A DNA stretch of 64,000 nt, taken from contig JAHQWK010000011.1 in assembly GCA_029856145.1 (NCBI GenBank), positions 32,001-96,000 of the forward strand, given 5' to 3'. The DNA comes from Promethearchaeia archaeon (GTDB lineage Archaea; Asgardarchaeota; Lokiarchaeia; Sigyniarchaeales; SOKP01). The position numbers were made by a program, and so were the translations under genes. The notes under the pieces are model-generated. The model had not been told where the DNA came from, did no database searches, and saw nothing but the letters and a program-made list of their open reading frames with translations. Positions 52,130 to 62,572 of the stretch are shown piece after piece (position 1 is the first letter of the stretch; every line of letters begins with the position of its first letter).

Positions 52130-53359
52130 ATGAATCACAATATCCAAAAAGATCCTATTAATTATTCAAAATGGCTTGAGTTTGTAATATTTTTACTATT
52201 TCTATTAGGCCCTTTAACTGGAAATATTATCAACGTCTTATTTGGGGTTCTTTCTTCTTATTTTCACGTCACACCTGATAATATCCTAATTGCGATTCCT
52301 GCTTTTATGTTCCCATTTGCTATAACACAACTTTTTTCTGGTGCAATTTCAGATATTAAAGGTAGAATCCCCGTATTAATTGTAGGGTTGATCTTATTTG
52401 CAATTGCTATGTTAACCGCAGCATTATCTTTTAACTTAGAGATGTATATAATTGCAAATATAATAGGAGGAATAGGTTTTGGTTTTATTAATCCTGTTCT
52501 TATAGCTTTAATGGCGGATATTGCATCTCCACCAGATCTAGCAAAAAAAATGGGATATTTGAGTGCAAGCGCAAATTTAGGAGTTGGATTAGGTCCATTA
52601 ATTGCATCTCAAATGATTTTAATTGGTTGGCAATCAATTTACATATTATTTATCGCAATAACTTGTTCTTGTTTGATTTATTTTTTCATTGCTAAAAGAC
52701 CTCCAAAAAAAATTTCAAAAGAGTCAGGAATAAGCACATTTTTGAAACAAATTTCTATTGAGTGGCGTCGTTTGGTAGTTTTCCTGATGATACTATCCGA
52801 TTTCCTCATAGCATATACATATATCGCAATAAACATCTGGACTTCAAAAACCTTGTCTCATGTAGTAAATGAGTCATTAATAGGATTAATTCTTGGCTTA
52901 GCGGGTGTTGGGGCAGCAATTACGGGAGTAATAACAGGTAGTATAACAAAAAGGAAAGGTGTGAAAATTCCGTTGATAACAGGCTTATCGATATTGTTCT
53001 GTTCATTGGGGATTCTATTAGTTATTGGAGATATTACTAATCCAGAAGTATTCATCTTTTTAGCTTTAGGTTGGATTCTAGCAGGATTTTCAGGAGGAAT
53101 CCTGTTTACAACAATAACCTATTATAGTCAAATATTATCCCCAGAAAGACGCGGTGTCTTAGCAGGGTCATTAACTGCAGGTTATTTCACAGGAATTGCA
53201 TTAGTTCCTACGACACTCGCACCATTCTCAAATGCATTTGGAATCAGTGGTGTTTATATAGCAATTTTAATAGCAACTGTGTTTTTCACCATTGTTACGA
53301 TTCTATTATATATTTTAGCTAAACGTATCATTCCAGAGAGAGGAAAAATCTTACACTAA
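52130..53359 (+). CDS. MFS transporter (drug:H+ antiporter-like)
   Basis: Motif A GAISDIKGR, 12 TM helices, PERRG. Confidence 0.85.
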   Translation: MNHNIQKDPINYSKWLEFVIFLLFLLGPLTGNIINVLFGVLSSYFHVTPDNILIAIPAFMFPFAITQLFSGAISDIKGRIPVLIVGLILFAIAMLTAALSFNLEMYIIANIIGGIGFGFINPVLIALMADIASPPDLAKKMGYLSASANLGVGLGPLIASQMILIGWQSIYILFIAITCSCLIYFFIAKRPPKKISKESGISTFLKQISIEWRRLVVFLMILSDFLIAYTYIAINIWTSKTLSHVVNESLIGLILGLAGVGAAITGVITGSITKRKGVKIPLITGLSILFCSLGILLVIGDITNPEVFIFLALGWILAGFSGGILFTTITYYSQILSPERRGVLAGSLTAGYFTGIALVPTTLAPFSNAFGISGVYIAILIATVFFTIVTILLYILAKRIIPERGKILH

Positions 53360-53428
53360 AAAGAATATTTTAAAGATATTTGGTTTTAAAACAAAGAATA
53401 AAGGAAAATATATTTTTTATTTAAATTT

Positions 53429-53755
53429 TCAAGATTTTATCATTATTAGCATCATTTTAAATTTTTCTATGGCCTTTAATGCATGTGGCTCATTAGCAGG
53501 CATAATAATCATTTGACCATTGTTTAATATGAATTTCTCGTTTGAAATCGTTATTTCGGCTTCTCCGTCAAAAACGTAAACTAGCGCATCAAATGGAGCT
53601 GTATGTTCACTTAAACCTTCTCCTTTATCAAAAGAAAACAAAGTAACGGTTCCAATATCTTTATTAATTAAAGCTCTACTAACAACTGATCCTTGTTGAT
53701 AATCAAGCAAGGATCCTAAATTTAAAATTTCTTTTTTGATAGTTTTGTCACTCAT
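53429..53755 (-). CDS. Cupin domain protein
   Basis: GEGLSEHTAPFDA...MPANEPHAL. Confidence 0.9.
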   Translation of the reverse strand: MSDKTIKKEILNLGSLLDYQQGSVVSRALINKDIGTVTLFSFDKGEGLSEHTAPFDALVYVFDGEAEITISNEKFILNNGQMIIMPANEPHALKAIEKFKMMLIMIKS

Positions 53756-53903
53756 TTAATTCTCAATTTCTTTAATTTATTTAGTTATAAAAATATTAAA
53801 GAAGTTTTAAATTTAAAACTAAAGCCGAACATGTTAGAAGAAATAATTTTTAAGTATTAATTTTAGAAGAGTTTGAGAGTAATTTAGATTTTCATTGTGT
53901 AGT

Positions 53904-54353
53904 TTAGATTTCCATTGTTAATCTCCATTCTCTGCCACAACTTCCACACTTATATTTCTTTCCGTACATTCTCGGATAAGCAGATATCATATGTGTCCGA
54001 TCTAATATTTCATGAATAAGAGCTTTACTATTATTTCCGCATATTGGACATTCTCTCCTTGATATTCCTTCTACTATAGGTCCTTTTCCCATTTCAAGTG
54101 GAACTGTATCTTGAGAAAAAACCGAACTAGAAACAATTACTTCTTGTTCCAATCTAGGTATTTTTGTTTCATATTGAACTTCGGTTACTGGTATTTCCTT
54201 AATTGGTTCTCGTGGTCCTAAAAGTATTCTAATCTCCTCTTCTAATTCTACAACTCTCATTCTTAAGCTCTCATTCTCATTTCTTAATTCTTTAATTATA
54301 TTTTCAAATTCAATGAGAGTTGGGTCTTTTTTATTTATATTTTCTTGACTCAT
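53904..54353 (-). CDS. Coiled-coil + C-terminal zinc-ribbon protein
   Basis: N-terminal leucine-zipper-like coil; CPICG...YKCGSCGREW. Confidence 0.7.
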   Translation of the reverse strand: MSQENINKKDPTLIEFENIIKELRNENESLRMRVVELEEEIRILLGPREPIKEIPVTEVQYETKIPRLEQEVIVSSSVFSQDTVPLEMGKGPIVEGISRRECPICGNNSKALIHEILDRTHMISAYPRMYGKKYKCGSCGREWRLTMEI

Positions 54354-54636
54354 CTTCCTATAATTTTATTTTTTAATTAAAAGAAAATTGTAAATGTTCT
54401 CTATCAATATAATAGAGTTAATATTAAAAAGCTTAAGGAATCCGAAATATTACAAAATAATTTGAAGAATGGTTTGAACTTAAATTCGTTGTTTCATAGT
54501 CAATAAAAATCATAAGTATTGCATATTTTGAGGCGTTAATCTTAGATAATAAAAGAGAAGTCAATAAACAAAAAAGATTTTTAAACTTATAATTTATTTA
54601 TTTCTATAAGTTAGACTCTTCTTTTGAGAGAGTGTT

Positions 54637-55482
54637 ATGCAATTATTTAGTATAAGTAATAAAGGAGAATTAATTAAGTTAGATAGATTATTTTTTGAAG
54701 AAAATGATGTATATCTCGTTGATGATGAGGAAAAGAATACAATTTATATTTGGGTAGGATTGGAGGTACCTCAATCAAAAAAAGATATTACCGCTGATAT
54801 CGCAAGAAAGATTGATAAAGATCGTGGTGGATCAGCAAAAATCCTTATCATGAAGCAAAAAAGAGAATACGGATCCTTTTTAGCTATGATGCACAATCTA
54901 GAGAAGGGGCTTATACCAGGTAAAACAATTGAGCGAAGACCAGAATTTGTATTTGAGACGCCCCCAGAGAGAATCAAATCTGTTGGGCTTAATGGAATTC
55001 CAGAAGAGAGAGAAATAAATATTGAAACAGAAATAACACAATGGTTTCAGCAAATTAAAGCTCATCGAAAGATTGAACCCCCAAAAAGACCACAAGAACC
55101 TACTGATACTGTTAAATTCATTAAGTTTGAACGACCTATAGTAAAAATAGAGGTTAAAAGTGAACCTCAGAAAGAAACAACGCCCAAACCACAAATTATT
55201 GAGGAAGAACCAGAAGAAATCCCTCTTAAAATCCAAATTCAAGAAGCAGCATATTATTTTTCTTTAAAAGGGTATAAATACGACGAGTTATGCTGGATTT
55301 TGGCTGAAAAAATTCAGAAGATAAATCTTGATATGCCATCTATTGAAGATATTAAACAAAAGGCTGAACAAGTATTCAATTCAAGCTGTACGTATGATGA
55401 ACTTTGTTGGTTAAATGCAGAAATGGATATCTTAACCAAAAAAAGCTTTCTTGAAAAGAAAAAGAAATCATTTGAATATTAA
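54637..55482 (+). CDS. One-domain gelsolin-like protein with Pro-rich linker and duplicated C-terminal helical repeat
   Basis: NDVYLVD...IYIWVG...ARKIDKDRGG...Q..E..F gelsolin fold; two YDELCW-x2-AE repeats. Confidence 0.8.
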   Translation: MQLFSISNKGELIKLDRLFFEENDVYLVDDEEKNTIYIWVGLEVPQSKKDITADIARKIDKDRGGSAKILIMKQKREYGSFLAMMHNLEKGLIPGKTIERRPEFVFETPPERIKSVGLNGIPEEREINIETEITQWFQQIKAHRKIEPPKRPQEPTDTVKFIKFERPIVKIEVKSEPQKETTPKPQIIEEEPEEIPLKIQIQEAAYYFSLKGYKYDELCWILAEKIQKINLDMPSIEDIKQKAEQVFNSSCTYDELCWLNAEMDILTKKSFLEKKKKSFEY

Positions 55483-55598
55483 AAATTGGAAAATGAATTC
55501 TTATTCATTTGGCCTAGCTAATTTTAAATTAACCAAGATTTTAAATACTATTTTTGATTTCTTATACAAAGTTCTAACAAAAATAATAGGTAATTTCA

Positions 55599-56186
55599 AT
55601 GGAAAATAGTAGTGAATTAAGTGATGAACAGTTTTGGAAGAAAAAAATAAAGGAACATTGGAAAATATTCGCCGTCATAATTAGTGCTGGAGTAGTTGCA
55701 GCTGTAGGGGCAATTTTAGTATTTTTATGGTTTATAAATATTTCTCCTATTGGTGATTATGGTACCGCATCAATTGATCTGTGGACCTTAGAAATGGTTG
55801 TTTTATTTATTATCTTTAGCATTTTATGGGAGTTATTATTCGTGGGGATACCAGCAGCATTATTTTTTGGTGTAGGAGGGTATATCTGTTGGCGTAGATT
55901 ACCAGCTGAAGAAAAACAAGAGTTTAAAGATAGAGAAAAGAAAAAGACTCATAGAGCTAGGAATGCAGGTGGTGGTGGCGGTGGGGGATTCTTTATGTTT
56001 ATTGCATATTGTATTTATATGGCAGTTCAAGGATTTTACAATGTTCCATTTGGAACTCAACCATATAGTTTTTGGATCTATTCGTGGTTCTTAACGTTTA
56101 TGTGGATTGTAATTGTACTCGGAACCCCTGCGTTAATCATCGTTATTATTGTATACTTTACTGTGTGGCGAAAGAAATCAGAATAA
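55599..56186 (+). CDS. Hypothetical membrane protein with poly-Gly loop
   Basis: 4 TM helices; AGGGGGGG segment after a basic stretch. Confidence 0.6.
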   Translation: MENSSELSDEQFWKKKIKEHWKIFAVIISAGVVAAVGAILVFLWFINISPIGDYGTASIDLWTLEMVVLFIIFSILWELLFVGIPAALFFGVGGYICWRRLPAEEKQEFKDREKKKTHRARNAGGGGGGGFFMFIAYCIYMAVQGFYNVPFGTQPYSFWIYSWFLTFMWIVIVLGTPALIIVIIVYFTVWRKKSE

Positions 56187-56270
56187 AACAATTTATTTTT
56201 TTTTTTATTTTTTAGAATCTTATTCTAGTAAATCAAGTTAAAAAGACTTGAATAATAAAGGATTAAAAGG

Positions 56271-58532
56271 CTAATTTTTTGGTTGGAAGACTTTTTTTTG
56301 TATTAAATTGAGAATTATTTCAGCTTCTTTTGTATAAAAACCCTTTCTTATAGAGAGTAGGTTAGTTACTATGAAATAATCTGTGTTTTTCTTTTTCATT
56401 ATGCTTTTGGCTCTATTCACCATTGATTTTTCGTCAGATTTTAGTTTGACATTTTGTTCGATTATTTGCAATGGGTATATCAATGATGTTTGTAAATGTC
56501 TTTCAAGCAACTCTCTGATCCCTAAGAATGAATTAGTATGTCCAGTGAATTTTTCAAATTGTGCTCTATATTTATTATCAATATCATATGATAACTCTTT
56601 AACTGATTCTAAGAAATCTTGAGAAGGATTTTCTTTCATAATTAGTAAAAGCCTGAAGCTTTTAAATTCTGACATTAAAATTTTAGATTTATGATATTCT
56701 AATTTAATTGTTTGGGATTGAGCATCAGCACCTGTAAGCTCAATTCCAAAAGTCCGAATTGCTTCTAAAAATCCTGTTATTAACGATGCATCAATAGATT
56801 TGCTCGCAAGAATTTGTTCATATACATTTAATCCTGAGTCCTTATGGATAATAATGAAATAGTCTAAGTTTAATACATCCATGTATTTATTGAATATTTT
56901 TTGTCTATGTGCTTCATGCTTCCTTCTAGTACTTTTAACCATTTTATATGTAGTAAAACTAAATACTGAGATAATTGCAATTATTCCAACGATTAAAACT
57001 ATTAGCATTGGATCTAAAGCAAATGGAATAATTATTTCAAATTCTTGAGTAATAACTCCTGCTGCTATTCCATTATACCAAAAGACATAAGCCTTATAAG
57101 TTCCAGCATGAGGATTGCTTGAAAGTTGATAATTAAGCAATATGTCATCTGTTTCGATTGATTCAATCTCATATATAATGTCTTCTTGAGCGGGAAATCC
57201 TAATGAATTAATTAACCTAAAAGTCAAATTACCCGGGTCTATTGGAGCAAGGACAGAAAATAGGATTTCTTGGCCAGGACCAAATTCTGTTGTTGGTACG
57301 TTTAGTGAAAGCATTATATTTGGAGAATTTGCAGTTATCCTCCAATTCGCACCCTCAAGGATAGTGTTGTTTGATATAAAAATAAAATGATTTGTTGTAT
57401 TTATAATAACTTGCGATGATATATCCTCCCACCCTACTCCTAAATCTCTAAATACACTTATGTTATACCAACCTAGAGGATAATTAAATTTGATTGAATA
57501 ATTAAAGAAAAATCTCTGGATATCAGGCTCAATAGTCCAGATATTTGCTAAATTCTCTTGTATTAACACATTTCCTGTTGAAATTAAGAAATTTTGTAAT
57601 TTTATATGATATTTTAAATTAAATAATAGCTCTATTGAACGATTATTGATAATAGGAACATAAAATATATCACTATTAGGAGATATATTTTTATTCAATG
57701 TGATACTTCCATTTTCACTAATTGGATATAAGGAACCATCAATATTCAGAGTCATATTTATTTCTTTAGGACTAAATGATCTATCAACTCTTTGAATTAG
57801 TTTATATAATAAAGGTTCTCCTTTTGTTTCAACATTCCATTTTGAACCATCATATTTAGATGTATGTAAATTTGAATGAACAGAATTAGAGTCATTATAA
57901 TACCAATAATATGCTGTTTTTTCTGCAGGGACTAATTGTGAACCATTTAATGTAAGGTAATACTGTCCCGGCGCCAAAGAAATTTCATTTTCAAAAGTCT
58001 GAAGATACCAATTTGGAATTGTAGAAATATTTATCAAGGTGGAGCCCATAATGTTAGAATTAGGAGTATTAGTAGCACCTTCAAAACCAGTTAATTGAAA
58101 AGATACTGGGATAGTTGGGGTTTGAATACTTCTATAACCTAATATGTAAGCACCAAAGAGAACTGTTGGTTCAGTAATATTCACTTGTACACCCCAACCC
58201 AAAAATGCATTTCCGATTGTTACTTTAGAACTACCATCACTAGAATCTTCAATAGTTTTAATTTCCTTACCTAGCCTAATATCTGTGAAATTCATCTCGA
58301 TATTAGTAATATTCCAGGATGCAGATGCTAGTGGAATGTCAATAGAACTTATATTTTTACTATAGTTAATTCCCTCTGAGAATTCAGTAATTAAAAAATC
58401 TGAACGTGGATTTAAGGTATCGCCATTAGTTTGAGCGTGTGAAAATTCTATAAGACTAGCGATATTTATAAACAGAAAAGAAGATATTATGACTAAAACA
58501 ATTAAATAATTTTGTTTAACAATTTTTCTCAT
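56271..58532 (-). CDS. Single-pass membrane protein: large extracellular beta region, TM, cytoplasmic longin-like + winged-helix domain
   Basis: Signal peptide (SHA-Q), many N-x-S/T sequons, TM PMLIVLIVGIIAIISVFSF, cytoplasmic DVLNLDY...SGLN...LITGFLEAI. Confidence 0.75.
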   Translation of the reverse strand: MRKIVKQNYLIVLVIISSFLFINIASLIEFSHAQTNGDTLNPRSDFLITEFSEGINYSKNISSIDIPLASASWNITNIEMNFTDIRLGKEIKTIEDSSDGSSKVTIGNAFLGWGVQVNITEPTVLFGAYILGYRSIQTPTIPVSFQLTGFEGATNTPNSNIMGSTLINISTIPNWYLQTFENEISLAPGQYYLTLNGSQLVPAEKTAYYWYYNDSNSVHSNLHTSKYDGSKWNVETKGEPLLYKLIQRVDRSFSPKEINMTLNIDGSLYPISENGSITLNKNISPNSDIFYVPIINNRSIELLFNLKYHIKLQNFLISTGNVLIQENLANIWTIEPDIQRFFFNYSIKFNYPLGWYNISVFRDLGVGWEDISSQVIINTTNHFIFISNNTILEGANWRITANSPNIMLSLNVPTTEFGPGQEILFSVLAPIDPGNLTFRLINSLGFPAQEDIIYEIESIETDDILLNYQLSSNPHAGTYKAYVFWYNGIAAGVITQEFEIIIPFALDPMLIVLIVGIIAIISVFSFTTYKMVKSTRRKHEAHRQKIFNKYMDVLNLDYFIIIHKDSGLNVYEQILASKSIDASLITGFLEAIRTFGIELTGADAQSQTIKLEYHKSKILMSEFKSFRLLLIMKENPSQDFLESVKELSYDIDNKYRAQFEKFTGHTNSFLGIRELLERHLQTSLIYPLQIIEQNVKLKSDEKSMVNRAKSIMKKKNTDYFIVTNLLSIRKGFYTKEAEIILNLIQKKVFQPKN

Positions 58533-58767
58533 ATCTATCCCCTAAAAGATATATTTAATTAATTAAATAACTATTTACTATGTTAATCACTATCTGATTA
58601 TTTAAAGTGTAATTCGAATTTTAAAATGACCAAAACATTTAGAAAAGAATTTTAATATAAGAATGGAACTGATTTATAACAGTAATAAAGATTTAATTTA
58701 AAAAGATTTTAGGTATAAAATTCTCCTATATCCTCAATCATTCAATAAAACAGAAATGTAATACATT

Positions 58768-61071
58768 TTATTCTATGATTTGAAAAATATTTTTATCAAT
58801 CAGATTAAAAATGAGCTCTAAATCTTTAGGGCTACATTCTCTTTCAAGTAATAAAGAGGATAAATAAAAAGAACTCGTATTATTTATTTTCATAAAAGAG
58901 ATTGCCTTATTAATCAATGCTCTTTCATTTGGACTTATTTTAACTTTTTCTAACTCTTCTATTTTTGTTAGCTTTAATGGATAAGTAAGTGAAGTACTAA
59001 GATGGTGTTTAAGCAGTTTGTCTATCGATTTAAAAGGATTAATATTTCCATTAAATTGATCAATATGCTCGCCATAATATTTATAGAGATCATAAGCCAA
59101 GTCTTCAAGTGAAAATAAGAAATTTGAGGATGGATGTTGTTTCATTATTAGAATGAGTCTTAGGTTTACAAATTCGGTCATAATTATAATTGAATCTTTG
59201 TATTCTAGCTTTATAGTTTGTGAACTATCTTCAATTTTGATCAATTCAATTCCAAAAGAATGAATTGCTTGTAAAAATCCCGAAATCATAGCAGCATCAA
59301 TTTCTTTTTCAGTAAATTTTTGCTGATAAAGATTTAAGCCGGACTTTTTATCTGAGACAATAATATAATCTAAATTCAAAACATCCATACATTTATTATA
59401 AAGTTTTTGACTTTCTTCAATTTTTCTAGTCCTATATTTCTTGATTCTTCGATAAGATAATATTCCCGTAGTTGTCCCTACAATTGCAATTATGATACCG
59501 ATAACAATCCAAATTGGATCTATAGTAAAAGGAACCGGAGGAACGTTAACTTCAAAGTCTTGAGATTGAACTCCTCCGTCTGTACTATTATTCCAGTAAA
59601 TTATTATAGTATAAGTACCTTCACGTGAATTTGATGGGATTATATATGAAAAAATAGTGTCTTCTGAAATAACGCCTCTTACTTCTATAGGCTCGTCATA
59701 TCCAAAACCTAATGAATTTATGAAATAAAATGTGAAATTACCTTCTAAACTAGGGGCATTAACAGAGAATTGTAATTCTTGTCCTGGTTCCCATTCCAAT
59801 TCTGGGAGATTTATATTAAAAAATATATTGGGTGAATTTGCATTTATCTTCCATTCAACTCCACCCAGTATGATATCATTTGGAATAATAAGTGTGCTTG
59901 CATTCATATTTATATTGGCAAAAGATGTAATATTTTCCCAAGATGGCCCTGATTTACGGTATAGTGATAAATTAAACCAATTTCTAGGAAAATTAAACTT
60001 TACATGATAAATAGATGAGATTCTATCAATTATTGGGTGTAATGCCCATTGACTATTAGTTTCTTTGATACTTGCAGAACCTATAGTTAAAAACTCATTA
60101 GTAAGACTAATAGAATAATTGTAATTAAAATTTAGGATAATAGATCTATTAATTTTTAGTGGAATCTCAAGAGTGATCTTATTAGAATAGTAAGAGAAAT
60201 TGGTTATTTCTAGAGTCCCTTTCCCTGTAACAGGTCCATTAATTACCTCATAATCCTCTCCATTAACTTCTGCTGTCAAATTTAGATCTTTAGGAAGGTA
60301 AGTTCTATCAACTCTTTGATTCAATTTACAGAGAAAACTTGAATTTATAAGACCAAAACTCCAGGAAGTTACATAAGATGATGTGTGTAAATATGGAATT
60401 TGAGGATCAAATTCATCGTTCTGCCAATAATATTTTGCTTGATCATCTGTAGACAGATTAGTACCATTCATAACTAATGTATAATTTCCAATTGGAAGGC
60501 TAATAGGAGCTGACCCTGACGAAAAATCTTGATAATACCAATCTAAAGTGGTAGATATATTCAAATCTATAGATTTATAAATTGTATTATTAGGACTTAA
60601 ATTTATATTATCAAATCCTTTAAGTTGGAATTTTATTATCTCGTTTGCCTGTGGAGTTTTATATCCCTTAATAAAAACACCAAATAATTCAACAACTTCC
60701 AAAATTTCAATTTGCATACTCAGAGCAAATGTTCTAAATACGGAATTTTTATTCCATACTTGTGCTAAGCCTGTTTCAGTGTCTTCAATACTTTTAATTT
60801 CTCTACCTAAATTTATATTGGAAAAATTAATTTTTATATTTGTTATTGTCCAATTCGGTTCAGGTAACTCAATATTTATTGAACTAACATTATCTTTTAT
60901 TCCTTTAATTTTTGAATATTCAAAAAAACTAAAATTAGAAGAAATTGAAAACAGTTCACCATTACTCTGAGCATGTGAAAGATAAATATCATTACTTGAA
61001 ATTAGAAAGATGCTTACAAAAAGTAACAGTCCAATGATGATTTTATTTTTTTTACCGATGTTTTTAAACAT
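58768..61071 (-). CDS. Paralogous single-pass membrane protein with cytoplasmic longin-like + winged-helix domain
   Basis: Colinear with 56271..58532 (SHAQ.NG, W.ITNI, ANSPNI, PGQE, INSLGF, MDVLNLDY, SQTIKLEY, TSL.YPL). Confidence 0.75.
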   Translation of the reverse strand: MFKNIGKKNKIIIGLLLFVSIFLISSNDIYLSHAQSNGELFSISSNFSFFEYSKIKGIKDNVSSINIELPEPNWTITNIKINFSNINLGREIKSIEDTETGLAQVWNKNSVFRTFALSMQIEILEVVELFGVFIKGYKTPQANEIIKFQLKGFDNINLSPNNTIYKSIDLNISTTLDWYYQDFSSGSAPISLPIGNYTLVMNGTNLSTDDQAKYYWQNDEFDPQIPYLHTSSYVTSWSFGLINSSFLCKLNQRVDRTYLPKDLNLTAEVNGEDYEVINGPVTGKGTLEITNFSYYSNKITLEIPLKINRSIILNFNYNYSISLTNEFLTIGSASIKETNSQWALHPIIDRISSIYHVKFNFPRNWFNLSLYRKSGPSWENITSFANINMNASTLIIPNDIILGGVEWKINANSPNIFFNINLPELEWEPGQELQFSVNAPSLEGNFTFYFINSLGFGYDEPIEVRGVISEDTIFSYIIPSNSREGTYTIIIYWNNSTDGGVQSQDFEVNVPPVPFTIDPIWIVIGIIIAIVGTTTGILSYRRIKKYRTRKIEESQKLYNKCMDVLNLDYIIVSDKKSGLNLYQQKFTEKEIDAAMISGFLQAIHSFGIELIKIEDSSQTIKLEYKDSIIIMTEFVNLRLILIMKQHPSSNFLFSLEDLAYDLYKYYGEHIDQFNGNINPFKSIDKLLKHHLSTSLTYPLKLTKIEELEKVKISPNERALINKAISFMKINNTSSFYLSSLLLERECSPKDLELIFNLIDKNIFQIIE

Positions 61072-61447
61072 TAACCCTGAATTACCTGAATCTTATCTAA
61101 ATTTATAATAAAATTCTATTTATTTATATCTCCTCTTAATTTTGAGAGCTTATAAAATTGAATATTATAAAAAATTAAGACAAACGTATATAAAAAAATT
61201 TTAATTATTGAAGGGAATTATTTTTTTCAAGGGATGCTTTTAGGTTCATTGCGGAAACTAAAAACACAAATGGTTTTTGTAATTCTGTGTTTTCTTTTTT
61301 GGTTTCTTCAATAATCTTGTATAGTTTTAGTAACAAATCTTCTATAAGTTTCTCTCAATTTTAGATATTGTGATTCTGAAAGGAATATTATTGAATTGAA
61401 GAATTCTTTTTACTCAAGAATTTTATTTATAGTATCAGGAGCAACAT

Positions 61448-61600
61448 CTAAATAAGATAAATTTTGGTAAAATTTATCATTGAGTGAAGACCACATATAT
61501 CATCCGTTATTTATATTATATCATCAATTCTCGATTCATCAGTAAGATGGTGTTTTTCTAAAACAAACCTATTTACATAATTCAATTCAAAATTTTCCAT
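61448..61600 (-). pseudogene. Truncated 5' remnant of a probable AlkZ/YcaQ-like winged-helix DNA glycosylase gene
   Basis: MENFELNYVNRFVLEKHHLTDESRIDDII*ITDDICGLHS...: in-frame TAA at 61513-61511, frame ends at TAG 61450-61448. Family assignment is from memory of the N-terminal pattern. Confidence 0.5.
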
Positions 61601-61656
61601 GAACCATTAATTACTATGATTTTAGAGGACTTATTCAAAAAATAAGAATAAGAAAC

Positions 61657-62223
61657 TTAAGATTTAAGCTTTTTAAGCAAATAAGCAAAATTTTTACCTA
61701 AATTTTCAAATGTTCTAATACCTTCTTCATCATCTAATACTTCTCCTGGATTCCTCCCAATACCTACATTCCAATAAGATGATCCCACTACAAACATCTG
61801 CTTAATGAGAAAGAAGTAATTAATACTGGAAAATACATGATTTGCCCCTGCTCTCCTAACTGCCACAACTGCAGCACCAATTTTATGTTTTAAATGCCCT
61901 CCAGTAGCGTACCCGGCACGTTCTATTAAAGCTTTTGTACTAGTTGATAAATCTGAAAAATAAGTAGGTGAACCTATTATAATTCCATCAGCTTCAAGCA
62001 TCTTTTGAATGTATTCATTCATATTATCTCCTTCGATAGTACATCTTTGGTCGTCATTATCAATGCATTGATAACATGCAGTACAACCCTGCAATCTTTT
62101 GTTACCAATCCATATTATTTCGCACTCAATTCCTTCAGCTTCCAACTCCTCTACAACAATACTTAAGCAATGGTATGTGTTTCCCTTTTTTCTTGGACTG
62201 CCGTTAAATAATACAACCTTCAT
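61657..62223 (-). CDS. Iron-sulfur flavoprotein / NADPH-dependent FMN reductase (flavodoxin family)
   Basis: NGSPRKKGNT, C-x2-C-x2-C-x7-C, GSPTYF, RRAG, GSSYW. Confidence 0.9.
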   Translation of the reverse strand: MKVVLFNGSPRKKGNTYHCLSIVVEELEAEGIECEIIWIGNKRLQGCTACYQCIDNDDQRCTIEGDNMNEYIQKMLEADGIIIGSPTYFSDLSTSTKALIERAGYATGGHLKHKIGAAVVAVRRAGANHVFSSINYFFLIKQMFVVGSSYWNVGIGRNPGEVLDDEEGIRTFENLGKNFAYLLKKLKS

Positions 62224-62572
62224 TATTATAAACCTTTATAATTGTCAAATTATTTTTCAATAATTATATATAGCAATGTAATAATTTTTGTTTTCGGTAT
62301 TTAATGTTTTATAGTTTTTTATATCCTACTCTTACAAAATTTAAAATAAATTTCTAATAACTCTATCATTTCCACTATACAAAATCAATTTTAATCAAAA
62401 ATTACTTAATTTCATAGTATTTTCATTAATTCTTTTTGATTTAATATTTGATTTTCAACTATAATAATCAAGATTTTAATATTATCATCTATTTTGGAGA
62501 AATTTTTATATAGGGATTTGATAAAATATATATTAATTCTTAATGACTTATTACATAATTTAAAAGATAAAG

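Noticed and set aside
89-60970. Numerous short ORFs nested in or antisense to longer genes (e.g. 89..409, 765..979, 8722..9012, 40822..41211, 45848..46282, 54898..55242)
   Set aside because: They overlap motif-supported CDSs and have no motifs of their own.
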